Positions 8,350 through 16,789 are shown, numbered from the stretch's first letter. The stretch: 43,407 bases of DNA from Candidatus Peregrinibacteria bacterium (GCA_018662075.1 JABJGX010000011.1:1-43407); one strand, 5' to 3'. Numbers and translations are program-made. The notes: a model not told the origin generated them from the sequence alone.

Positions 8350-10602
8350 ATGAGTCAGGAATTAGATGAATTGCGCAAGCGGGTACTATCAGCTCCTATG
8401 GAGCCTGGGGTTTATCGATGGCTCAATGCAAAAGGAGACATTATCTACGTTGGTAAAGCAAAAAATCTAAAAAACAGAATGCTATCATATGTACAATCGG
8501 GCTTGTCCGCCGAAGCCTCGGCGAAGGCGGGACCCTGGAAACTATCACTCATAAAAAACATTGCAGACTTCGATGTCACCATCACAACATCAGAGCTCGA
8601 GGCACTGATCCTCGAGACGAATCTGATTAAAGAAATCCAACCAAAATATAATGTGTTGATGAAAGATGGCAAGAGCTACGTCTATGTTCGCATCTCGACC
8701 AAAGACCAGTACCCAAGTATTTCGATTGTCCGAAAAATGGAAGACGATAAAGCTGCTTACTTTGGTCCGTACTTAACAGCATACAATATCAAGAGAACAC
8801 TCGACATGCTGCACGATGTTTTTCGGTACCGTGCATGCGAGGGGTCTGTTCTTGCGCTGAACAAAGAAAAGAAAGTAGGTCGTGCATGTCTGGAATACCA
8901 AATCGGAAAATGTAACGGACTCTGCGTCGGTGATGTAACCAAAAAACAATACCGCGAAGGCATAGAAGAAGTCATGCGATTCCTAAAAGGAGACTACGCA
9001 ACAACGGTACTGTCTCTAAAAGATATGATGGAAGTAGCAGCAACCGAAAAGAAGTTTGAGCGCGCAGGAAAGCTTCGTGACACCCTGAAATACATTGCCA
9101 CTCTTAATGAACAACAAACCGTATCAGACACATCCCGAGAAGACACAGATGCAATTGGAATGGCAGTACAAAACGGTAAAGTGCAAGTAGTAGTCTTACA
9201 CGAACGCAATGGAAGAGTCGTAGACGAGCGAAGCTTCGCTGTCTCTGGAGAATCGGACTCGGTAAGTGATGCCCTCTCGCAGCTGATCCCCCAGCTCTAT
9301 AGTTCTGCACCAGAAATCCCAGACTTAGTCGTGATTCCAGAGGAGCCAGAAGACATCGCCGTGCTGGAAGAGTGGCTCACACAAATGCGCGGGAAAAAGG
9401 TAGAGCTCAGAGCTGCCGAGCGCGGTAAGAAATCGAAACTCTTGGCCCTTGCACAAAGTAATGCCACGCAAAAGATATCCCAGCAGTTTGCAAAGTGGGA
9501 AGCTGCTTCAAAAAACATTGCAGACGCATTAGAAGACCTTAAAGACACACTAAAACTTCCAGGTATTCCGAGTCGCATCGAAGGCTACGACATTTCACAC
9601 CTCGGTGGAACAGAAACTGTCGGGTCTATGGTCGTCATCAAGAACGGAAAACCTGCAAACCCTGAATATCGGTCATTCACAATAAGAACAATGCAGAGCG
9701 GTGAAATAGATGATTACAAAGCACTAAAAGAAGTACTTAGGCGTAGGCTGCACTATCTAGTAGAAGAAAATACAGAGATCGTAATAACAAAACTGAAAAA
9801 GAAAGAGCGAGAAGAGTGGTCCGCAGATAAAAAGAAGAGGCTAGAGGTCCCTAAAGATTGGAAAGAAGAAGTACTCGTTGTACGCGAAAACGAAACAGAG
9901 CTTCTGACACTTGACCTTAGAAAATCTGCAAAAGACAAAATAATCTACGGGACAATAGATATACAGACAAAAGATGATGCACTATTACACAGCGCACTCG
10001 ATACGCTAGAAAAAGAAATTGGAAAGCGCGAGTGGTATCTCTGCTGTCAGACTGATGTTGATACCGATATGTTTGCACTACACGGGCTCATGGATTCAGT
10101 GAAAAAAATGCCTGACCATTTCAAGTCTAACTGCGCACATATGTTCCATCGTCGGAAGACAATTAGTGATGCATCGTTAAATTCTACACCAGACCTTTTG
10201 GTTATAGATGGCGGAAAAGGACAGCTGAGCAGTGTAAAAGAAGTACTCGACGAACTGAAAATGACGATCCCTGTTATCGGCCTCGCAAAACGAGAGGAGG
10301 AAGTATTTTTACCAGGACAGTCTTTACCGGAAGACCTTCCAAAGAATTCCCAAGCTAGTTTTTTGCTGCAAAGACTCCGGAACGAAGCACACAGGTTTGC
10401 AAACTCTCACAGAGAAAAACGTATCGCAAAAGGACTGATAGGTTCTGCACTCGACTCGGTCCCAGGTATTGGTGACATTACGAAAAAAGAATTGCTTCAA
10501 AAGTTCGGCTCTGTAGCAGGGATTATCGCAGCTCCAGATGCAGAGATACTAAAAATAGTGAATACTCAAAAGCTCGAAGATCTACGAAAGCACCTTACGT
10601 AG
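8350..10602 (+). CDS. uvrC: excinuclease ABC subunit C, with a ~144-aa lineage-specific insert
   Basis: GIY-YIG N-domain (GVYRWLNAKGDIIYVGKAKNLKNR), Cys-rich region, UVR motif (FERAGKLRDTL), endonuclease domain (IEGYDISHLGG, LLVIDGGKGQL, GLAKREEE) and C-terminal HhH. It is 750 aa, versus the ~600 aa I recall for typical UvrC. Confidence 0.9.
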   Translation: MSQELDELRKRVLSAPMEPGVYRWLNAKGDIIYVGKAKNLKNRMLSYVQSGLSAEASAKAGPWKLSLIKNIADFDVTITTSELEALILETNLIKEIQPKYNVLMKDGKSYVYVRISTKDQYPSISIVRKMEDDKAAYFGPYLTAYNIKRTLDMLHDVFRYRACEGSVLALNKEKKVGRACLEYQIGKCNGLCVGDVTKKQYREGIEEVMRFLKGDYATTVLSLKDMMEVAATEKKFERAGKLRDTLKYIATLNEQQTVSDTSREDTDAIGMAVQNGKVQVVVLHERNGRVVDERSFAVSGESDSVSDALSQLIPQLYSSAPEIPDLVVIPEEPEDIAVLEEWLTQMRGKKVELRAAERGKKSKLLALAQSNATQKISQQFAKWEAASKNIADALEDLKDTLKLPGIPSRIEGYDISHLGGTETVGSMVVIKNGKPANPEYRSFTIRTMQSGEIDDYKALKEVLRRRLHYLVEENTEIVITKLKKKEREEWSADKKKRLEVPKDWKEEVLVVRENETELLTLDLRKSAKDKIIYGTIDIQTKDDALLHSALDTLEKEIGKREWYLCCQTDVDTDMFALHGLMDSVKKMPDHFKSNCAHMFHRRKTISDASLNSTPDLLVIDGGKGQLSSVKEVLDELKMTIPVIGLAKREEEVFLPGQSLPEDLPKNSQASFLLQRLRNEAHRFANSHREKRIAKGLIGSALDSVPGIGDITKKELLQKFGSVAGIIAAPDAEILKIVNTQKLEDLRKHLT

Positions 10603-11173
10603 ACTGAGACCCTGAACGAATTGGACCGTTTCCATCAACGTATCGCTGGTAGTACGTCACCGTGCTAGAGATCTTTGCTGCCACCTGATCTGCATTGGGA
10701 ACAAATTTGAGAGCAATCACACCACCCCCCTCTCCCTCTTTTAGGTTTATAATAATCTTTCCAAAGCCAAAGATATTTCCATACTGCGTTTCGGATGCAA
10801 TGCTTCCGATATTTTCGAGATGAATCGGATTAACCTTCTGACGAATAAGGGAAGTCTGATCAACAAGAACTAGCTTATCTGTAGTAACCAAAATAAAATC
10901 GTACCGCCAGTCTATCCACGCTGACAAGAAGTTGAAGAATATGAAGAAGAACCACACTGTAAAAAGCACCCCACTCACCCAAAGCATAGGGACCTCTAGG
11001 AACCAAAGTCCTATTCCTATAGAAAATATGAACATTGTCACAAATACCTCTCGAACCGTGGCAAAGAAGAAGCTGAGAGCATGGTAATACGTCATAAGAA
11101 CTACCTCCTCCCCATTAGATAGGCATTGGTTCTTTATAACCTCCGGATCGGTCTCAAGGGCAAGAATACGCAT
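10595..11173 (-). CDS. membrane protein with a bacterial PH (bPH_2 / YdbS-like) domain
   Basis: Two to three TM helices are followed by DFILVTTDKLVLVDQTSLIRQKVNPIHLENIGSI...FGFGKIIINLKEG, resembling bPH domains. There is an 8-nt convergent overlap with uvrC. Confidence 0.55.
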   Translation of the reverse strand: MRILALETDPEVIKNQCLSNGEEVVLMTYYHALSFFFATVREVFVTMFIFSIGIGLWFLEVPMLWVSGVLFTVWFFFIFFNFLSAWIDWRYDFILVTTDKLVLVDQTSLIRQKVNPIHLENIGSIASETQYGNIFGFGKIIINLKEGEGGGVIALKFVPNADQVAAKISSTVTYYQRYVDGNGPIRSGSQST

Positions 11174-11225
11174 AGAAGCTATACTACCGTAATCAGTCAG
11201 CTTTGGGAATTTCTCCAGAGATCTT

Positions 11226-11253
11226 TTGCGTTTAGCCTCTATATGCGTAGAAT
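11226..11253 (+). promoter_or_regulatory. candidate sigma-70-type promoter for tRNA-Glu (TTGCGT-16 nt-TAGAAT)
   Basis: The hexamers lie at 11226..11231 and 11248..11253. The -10 ends 9 nt before the first tRNA base. Confidence 0.4.
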
Positions 11254-11262
11254 TCCCCAGTT

Positions 11263-11337
11263 GGCCCGTTCATCTAATGGTTAGGATACCAGGTTCTCAT
11301 CCTGGAAATAGGGGTTCGATTCCCCTACGGGCTACCA
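11263..11337 (+). tRNA. tRNA-Glu (anticodon CUC), genomically encoded CCA
   Basis: Hand-folded cloverleaf:
- Acceptor stem GGCCCGT/ACGGGCT, with G1-U72.
- D arm ATCT-AATGGTTA-GGAT.
- Anticodon arm CCAGG-TTCTCAT-CCTGG, anticodon at 11296..11298.
- Variable region AAAT.
- T arm AGGGG-TTCGATT-CCCCT.
- Discriminator A followed by CCA.
The total is 75 nt. Confidence 0.85.
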
Positions 11338-11338
11338 A
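11323..11338 (+). repeat. direct repeat copy 1 (attL-like): 3' end of tRNA-Glu, CCCTACGGGCTACCAA
   Basis: Exact 16-nt match to 16322..16337. Confidence 0.8.
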
Positions 11339-11372
11339 CTCATAAATCATATATTGACAGAATGTATTATTA

Positions 11373-11423
11373 AACTTCTATACTACTGTAGAAGTTGTTA
11401 AAAGTGCTGTTTTATGGTAAAAT
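11373..11423 (+). promoter_or_regulatory. candidate promoter (TTGTTA-17 nt-TGgTAAAAT) with an 8-bp inverted repeat overlapping the -35
   Basis: The inverted repeat is AACTTCTA (11373..11380) / TAGAAGTT (11389..11396). The -35 lies at 11395..11400. The extended -10, TGGTAAAAT, lies at 11415..11423 and ends 9 nt before the ATG at 11433. Confidence 0.4.
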
Positions 11424-11432
11424 AGTAAGATT

Positions 11433-11774
11433 ATGCAAAAACAAAAACTCATTGAGGAGCTAACACTTCTAACAGGGCGATCTGCGATACTTACACCACA
11501 TCATAAAAAGGCAATTCTTAAAGCTTTGCCGACAATGAAACAAGAAAAGATACTAGAGCTTCAAGAAATTCTTGGAGAAGAAAGATCTGTGATTGCAGTA
11601 TTTGCAGAACAGACTATTTCACAAGCAATACAGCACGGTGATACAAAAATATTCAAAAAAATGGATTCATTGCTTGTAAAAACGAATAAGAAATTACTAA
11701 AGACGGATGAAGTTACAAGCACATCCATAGAACAAGGACAGCTAGAACACTTCTTTGATGACATAACTACATGA
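11433..11774 (+). CDS. hypothetical protein (113 aa), translationally coupled to the giant gene
   Basis: ORF track. The stop TGA overlaps the next ATG (ATGA) and is followed in frame by TAA. No recognisable family. Confidence 0.5.
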   Translation: MQKQKLIEELTLLTGRSAILTPHHKKAILKALPTMKQEKILELQEILGEERSVIAVFAEQTISQAIQHGDTKIFKKMDSLLVKTNKKLLKTDEVTSTSIEQGQLEHFFDDITT

Positions 11775-14700
11775 TAAATCAAAGTCCAGATCGGCAATCC
11801 TATAACAAGCGCATCCAAGAAACGCAAAATGATATCGATAAAACGGATTCAAAACTCGATAGCAGAATTGATATAGATGGTATGGACCCAGAAGAGCAAG
11901 AAGCTCTGAAAGAGGCGTACATAGATAAGGTAAATTTGATGCAGGGAAAAGTACATCGATCATTTGAGAATATTGATATCCAACGAAACCTTCGCTCTCC
12001 TCAGTGGAGAAAATGGGAGAAAGAAATCATCACAGTTGAAGCGAACCTTTTAATGATTCTTAGAAAAGAGAGTTCTAGACTAAATCGTTCAAATAAAGAA
12101 GCTAATGCAACATCAGGCCTCGATGATTTTAATAAAAAAATAGATTCATTTCTTCATGAAATTGATGCAATTGATGAAGTGCATAACACGCCTGCTCCAG
12201 CGGAAAAACTTAATGAAAAAGAGCCAGAGAAGCTCCGCTCTGCAGATGCCATATTCCATGAATGGAATGTCCCAGGGACAGACGAGGAGATCACAGAGAA
12301 GGCGCAGAAAGCAAACGAACGATACGGAGAAGAAACCTTACGCAATCTCGATGCAACTCTCTCATTGTATGATGCTCTAGATCCAGAATTAAGAAAGAAG
12401 CTCTTTAAACAAAGTACTACTGTAAGGCTTCCACAAGTAGCTGGGCAATTAGCAAATGGAACATTTGAGTCCTCCCCTCTTGGGTTCCTTCTTACAGAAG
12501 ATATTGAAACCATTGAAGGTCAACTATTGATAGAACGAGAAGAAATAATAGATGTCATCGGAAGAAAGACCTCAGAAGTACAATCTCTTAAAGAGGCAAC
12601 CACCGAGACTATTACAAGACTATGTAAAGTGGCTGGTATAGACGTAGGAAAAGAGAACGTTCTCAGCGATATCTATTCATGGATGGCCAATACCAATGGT
12701 AAACCTGAACTACAAAAAAAGATTGTGGGAGAAATTAGAGATATGGCTAAAAAAGTTACAGAACTGCAAAAAGAGTCACAGGATTTGTATCCTCAAGTGA
12801 CTACGATAGAACGTGCATTTAATGTATTTGACACAAATAACGCTCGTAATGTGGGCAATGCAAAAGAGGAAGCACAGTTACGCTACCGAGGAGCGCTGGA
12901 ATATGGCATCCCATTCCCAGGTGATGCTGAATTACAAAAACTACTTCGACCAACACAAATGAATCTATTAAAAGGAGAGCCCGAAAAGGCTTTGCACGTA
13001 TCTATAGATGAGCTCAATACATTCATGGAACAAAATCCAAACCTAGATACTCTTCATCGTGTTGATGTTCTATCTTTACATAGTGTACGAAAACGCAAAG
13101 TTACTAAAGCTACATTCCAGACGTTCACAGTGGCTAGTAATCCTCTTGATGCCTTTAGGCGTTCCAAAAATGCAGCGTTCGATATAGGAGGAAGCCTAGA
13201 TACCAAACAAAAAACATATACGGTACTAACAGAACTGGGGACAATAGCGAATGGGGATGAGATTATTGCTATAAAGCTTCCACCTTACAATGGAAGACCA
13301 AGCGAAAAGGTAATCGCCATACGTAATACAAATGGCATTGTTCAGCTGCAGGATGGAACTGTTATTGAAAAGCCAGATAAATTGCAGCCTATGATTATTA
13401 ACTCTATGAATGGCGATGGAGAAACAACCTACGTCTCTAAGGAGACATCAAAATACTTACAAGAAAATGTAAATATTGGGAGTAAAAACAGGGTGATACT
13501 CAGAAATCGTGATGCCATAAATTCTAAAGAGTCTTTTACTGGAGGAACATCGATAAGGATGCTCGATACATCGCAGCTGCAACTTGCATCACGTGATGGA
13601 AAAGGGATGCTAATTATCAAAGGTGCAGATGGCAAACAAGAAGAGTCAATCAACGAAGAGTTCCTACTAAAAGGAAGTGCAGAGCATGGAGGCGATGTCC
13701 TACAAAGCATCGATAAAAACCCAATTGTTCAAGGTATCACAAAGCGAGCAGGTGGACTCCAAGAGAACATGCAGAATATGCAAACAATGTTAGAAACTGC
13801 AATGGACAGCAAGGCAACAACCCAAGGAGCTTTTGTAGATCAGATGCGAAGTTATGCTAGACCGATGCTGGCAACCATGGAAGACCCTGCAACTCGTCAA
13901 AATATCGTACAAGCAAAAAACCTTCTCCAGTCAGAGCTCAGTCGTGTGAAGCTAGGAAGCTATGTTGGAAGTGGAATAGAAAGTGAGATACAAGATCGTA
14001 TCGATGCACTAGACGGCTACATTACGGTGCTCAATGATAACCAGCTAAAGAATGCACTGCAAAATGCAATGGAGCTAAAACCCGAAGAATGGGCTGAATG
14101 GTTGAGCACTGATGGCCTCATCATGCTTGGTGCTATTGCCCTAGCGATAGTGGCCATTGTTGCATTAACAGTGCTTACAGGAGGAGCAGGACTTATTGCT
14201 ATCTCTGCAGTAGGTGCAGCAGGTGGACTAATTGGCGGAGAGCTAACAAAAGAAGGGCTGCACCATGCTTATAATACTTGGGGTGGAGCTGCTTCGGGTG
14301 AATATCGATATAATGATAGATCACGATTCGGTGCGTACCTTGAAGGACAAAAACTATACGACCCAAAGACAAAAGAGTTTGTAGATATGAGCTTTCTAGA
14401 AAACGTAGCTGCGCCATATGCACGAGACTTTGCAGTTAGCTTTGCAACAACAGCCCTTGCGCTTGGTGCAGGGCAGGCTGTCGGGAATAGTCTGAGTAAA
14501 CTAGCGCAGAATTCTAAATGGATACAGGCTCTCTCAAAGAATAACAAAGTTGCAAATAGCATTATGAAAAAGTTATCTGGCCTTGCAGATGATGCAGCAA
14601 CAATTCCAAAGAACATGAAGGAATTTGCTGGAAAATCCCTAAAAGAAATTGCTGATGAGCTCGGGGATGAACTCGTACTAGAAAAGAGTGCAGAAGGTGT

Positions 14701-16282
14701 TCTTAATCGTATTGACAGTCGATTAGGTTCGCTTGCGACATTCTTCGTCGCTGCTGGAAAAGGGTTTAAGCCAATGGCTGGAGGAAAGCTTAGCTACGGA
14801 GCAGAAAAGAAAAGTGCTGATGTGCGAGTAGACATAGAAAGCCAAGGTCACACTATTGTTTCTGAGATAAATGGTGTCTTTGACGTGAAAACATACGATG
14901 GAAAAACCCTTATTATAGAACCAGAAACAGTAACGGAAGCCACCAGTAATACTGAAGCCTTAGACCTTGCTACGCAACATGACCTTGCAGCACTAAAAGA
15001 ATATGTAAAAGCGCATGATATAGATGACTCCACTCGTATCACTCTTGCAGAAACTGTACTCGACCGCACACTGAGCCCAGCAGATCGCAAAGCTTTGATC
15101 ACTGCGCACAACAAACCTGGAACTATCGATGAACTCACACCAAGTGAACTTAAAGTAAAAGCTACAGAACTCCGGGATAACGCAACATTTACAAAGACAG
15201 AACGAAGAATGCTCATAGAAGCAGGTCTAGCAGGACGGCCACCAGTAATAGGTACGAGAAAAGGTCCGCCGCCGCCTCCTCCAATGAGAAATAAGAAGAG
15301 GCCACCGCCAGCAATAGGTGTTATGAAAAGCTCTCCTGAAAGTAAAAAAGATCCTCTTCTGCCATCTATACAATTAAGTGACATCAATGTACTTACTGGA
15401 GATCAGCGAAAAGCATACATTAAATCTAAGATGAACAATCCATTATGGATAAGGTCATTAGGTGCCGCGCAACGAAGAATGACTGTGTTCCCATCAAAAG
15501 AAAATACTCACCACATACTTTGGGTAAAAGATAATAGCGGTCCAACAAATACTGTTGGAGCTAAAACTCTTTCGTATAAATATCTAATGAGCCCTGAAGG
15601 ATCATTAGAGCATTCAATATTTTTAGAAGGTGAGAAGATGATGATGAAAGCATTTGCAGATGCTCAATCAATGTTTCCAAAAAATGTAAAAGTAGCTACT
15701 GGTTTTACAGTAGAAAGCATGAGTGCAGATACCGGAATGAGCCATGGTAATCTATTGGGCTACAAAGTGAATACTGATAACACCAATAGGCTATTTACAT
15801 TAATAGCAGAGGCAAGAAAGACCGGAGATTACTCAAAAGTAGAAAGTCATATTGATTGGATAAAATCTGCCTTTGCACATGAAACAACTCATGCCGCACG
15901 TAATGACCTTGATAATCTTCCAGGACTTAATGCAAACGAAGTTCCATCACATGCAGTCCAATTCTTAACAATATGGGATAAGCCTGACAGGTTCTTCTCC
16001 CAAAGAATAAGCTCACTAAAGAATAAGCCGCTAAGTAGTTTCGGTAGAATCCATGGAGAACTTGGAGGCCTTAAGGTGGTACAAGAGAAACTTATTGCCT
16101 GTAGCGACTGTTCCTATAAGCCAAAAGATCTGACACCTGTGGAGCTAAAGAAGGCTATTGAATCTATTCCAGAGGCAAAGCGTGGTTCTGTAATCGATAC
16201 AATGGTCGCGGAGTTAGTAACAACACCAGTAGCTGATTTTCAGGCTAATGTTCGCACTGTATTTGATGAATCTCAAAAGTAG
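11771..16282 (+). CDS. giant (1503 aa) effector-like protein with four parts: a hydrophilic helical N-region, a central hydrophobic hairpin, a polyproline tract, and a C-terminal HExxH domain
   Basis: Uninterrupted 4.5-kb ORF with no signal peptide. Hydrophobic hairpin LIMLGAIALAIVAIVALTVLTGGAGLIAISAVGAAGGLIGG (14114..14239). GPPPPPPMRNKKRPPPA (15263..15310). AFAHETTHAARN (HETTH at 15878..15892). Confidence 0.8.
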   Translation: MINQSPDRQSYNKRIQETQNDIDKTDSKLDSRIDIDGMDPEEQEALKEAYIDKVNLMQGKVHRSFENIDIQRNLRSPQWRKWEKEIITVEANLLMILRKESSRLNRSNKEANATSGLDDFNKKIDSFLHEIDAIDEVHNTPAPAEKLNEKEPEKLRSADAIFHEWNVPGTDEEITEKAQKANERYGEETLRNLDATLSLYDALDPELRKKLFKQSTTVRLPQVAGQLANGTFESSPLGFLLTEDIETIEGQLLIEREEIIDVIGRKTSEVQSLKEATTETITRLCKVAGIDVGKENVLSDIYSWMANTNGKPELQKKIVGEIRDMAKKVTELQKESQDLYPQVTTIERAFNVFDTNNARNVGNAKEEAQLRYRGALEYGIPFPGDAELQKLLRPTQMNLLKGEPEKALHVSIDELNTFMEQNPNLDTLHRVDVLSLHSVRKRKVTKATFQTFTVASNPLDAFRRSKNAAFDIGGSLDTKQKTYTVLTELGTIANGDEIIAIKLPPYNGRPSEKVIAIRNTNGIVQLQDGTVIEKPDKLQPMIINSMNGDGETTYVSKETSKYLQENVNIGSKNRVILRNRDAINSKESFTGGTSIRMLDTSQLQLASRDGKGMLIIKGADGKQEESINEEFLLKGSAEHGGDVLQSIDKNPIVQGITKRAGGLQENMQNMQTMLETAMDSKATTQGAFVDQMRSYARPMLATMEDPATRQNIVQAKNLLQSELSRVKLGSYVGSGIESEIQDRIDALDGYITVLNDNQLKNALQNAMELKPEEWAEWLSTDGLIMLGAIALAIVAIVALTVLTGGAGLIAISAVGAAGGLIGGELTKEGLHHAYNTWGGAASGEYRYNDRSRFGAYLEGQKLYDPKTKEFVDMSFLENVAAPYARDFAVSFATTALALGAGQAVGNSLSKLAQNSKWIQALSKNNKVANSIMKKLSGLADDAATIPKNMKEFAGKSLKEIADELGDELVLEKSAEGVLNRIDSRLGSLATFFVAAGKGFKPMAGGKLSYGAEKKSADVRVDIESQGHTIVSEINGVFDVKTYDGKTLIIEPETVTEATSNTEALDLATQHDLAALKEYVKAHDIDDSTRITLAETVLDRTLSPADRKALITAHNKPGTIDELTPSELKVKATELRDNATFTKTERRMLIEAGLAGRPPVIGTRKGPPPPPPMRNKKRPPPAIGVMKSSPESKKDPLLPSIQLSDINVLTGDQRKAYIKSKMNNPLWIRSLGAAQRRMTVFPSKENTHHILWVKDNSGPTNTVGAKTLSYKYLMSPEGSLEHSIFLEGEKMMMKAFADAQSMFPKNVKVATGFTVESMSADTGMSHGNLLGYKVNTDNTNRLFTLIAEARKTGDYSKVESHIDWIKSAFAHETTHAARNDLDNLPGLNANEVPSHAVQFLTIWDKPDRFFSQRISSLKNKPLSSFGRIHGELGGLKVVQEKLIACSDCSYKPKDLTPVELKKAIESIPEAKRGSVIDTMVAELVTTPVADFQANVRTVFDESQK

Positions 16283-16321
16283 TAAAATATTTTGCACCCA
16301 CAGCCCCATCCACCAGTCTTT

Positions 16322-16337
16322 CCCTACGGGCTACCAA
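16322..16337 (+). repeat. direct repeat copy 2 (attR-like): orphan copy of the tRNA-Glu 3' end
   Basis: Exact 16-nt match, CCCTACGGGCTACCAA, to 11323..11338. There is no tRNA body upstream of it. Confidence 0.8.
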
Positions 16338-16338
16338 T

Positions 16339-16363
16339 TTCCTCTTGCAGGAGGGATTTTTTT
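16339..16363 (+). terminator. intrinsic terminator directly after the orphan tRNA 3' fragment
   Basis: The stem TTCCTCT/GGAGGGA has 7 bp including 2 G-U pairs. The loop is TGCA and a run of 7 T follows. Confidence 0.65.
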
Positions 16364-16372
16364 CGATATGAT
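16345..16372 (+). promoter_or_regulatory. candidate promoter for the SET gene (TTGCAG-16 nt-TATGAT)
   Basis: The -10 lies at 16367..16372 and ends 9 nt before the ATG at 16382. Confidence 0.3.
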
Positions 16373-16381
16373 CTTGCGGTT

Positions 16382-16774
16382 ATGAAACTCTGGTTTGGAA
16401 AATATAGGCCACGACATGAACTCATCGTAAAGAAAGGACTCGCAGGTCTTGGGCTTTTTGCCACAGATGATATCCTGAAAGATGACTTTATCATTGAATA
16501 CACAGGCCCACTACTCACAGAAGAGCAATCAGAAGAAAAAGCAGGCTTATATTTATTTGCAGTCACCGATACCAAGTGGACCATCGATGGCAGTGGCCGC
16601 GAAAACATTGCCAGATATATAAACCATAGCTGCAAACCAAATTGCACCCCGTATGCAGATGGCAAACGTATCGTTATTCATGCGAAACGAAATATTAAAG
16701 CAGGTGAGGAGCTGACCTATAACTATGGCAAAGAATATATGGATGACCTCAACTGCAGGTGTCCGCACTGCTAG
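16382..16774 (+). CDS. SET-domain protein (putative protein lysine methyltransferase)
   Basis: GLGLFATDDILKDDFIIEYTGPLL, ARYINHSCKPNC, EELTYNYG and a C-terminal post-SET-like CRCPHC. I moved the start from the TTG at 16292 to the ATG at 16382, because the extension would read through the att repeat and the terminator. Confidence 0.85.
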   Translation: MKLWFGKYRPRHELIVKKGLAGLGLFATDDILKDDFIIEYTGPLLTEEQSEEKAGLYLFAVTDTKWTIDGSGRENIARYINHSCKPNCTPYADGKRIVIHAKRNIKAGEELTYNYGKEYMDDLNCRCPHC

Positions 16775-16789
16775 TGGTATACTTCGCGT

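Larger units (their letters stand above)
11339..16337 (+). mobile_element. putative integrase-less genomic islet inserted at the 3' end of tRNA-Glu (two-gene cargo)
   Basis: It is bounded by the 16-nt direct repeat of the tRNA 3' end. The distal copy is followed by the only good terminator. The islet has its own promoter, and the only TGA stop in the window lies inside it. Confidence 0.45.

Noticed and set aside
11339-16337. The tRNA-flanked segment considered as a prophage or an integrative conjugative element.
   Set aside because: It has no integrase, excisionase, capsid, replication or transfer genes, and it is only 5 kb with two genes. I kept it as an integrase-less islet or remnant at modest confidence.
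16292-16381. The TTG-initiated N-terminal extension of the SET gene. The same kind of extension occurs at 18967 (TTG), 25605, 28315..28554 (thyA), 31023, 41241 (TTG) and 43355 (TTG).
   Set aside because: The extensions run through a terminator or att repeat, overlap neighbouring genes, or add non-homologous hydrophobic sequence ahead of a well-aligned canonical N-terminus that has its own ATG.
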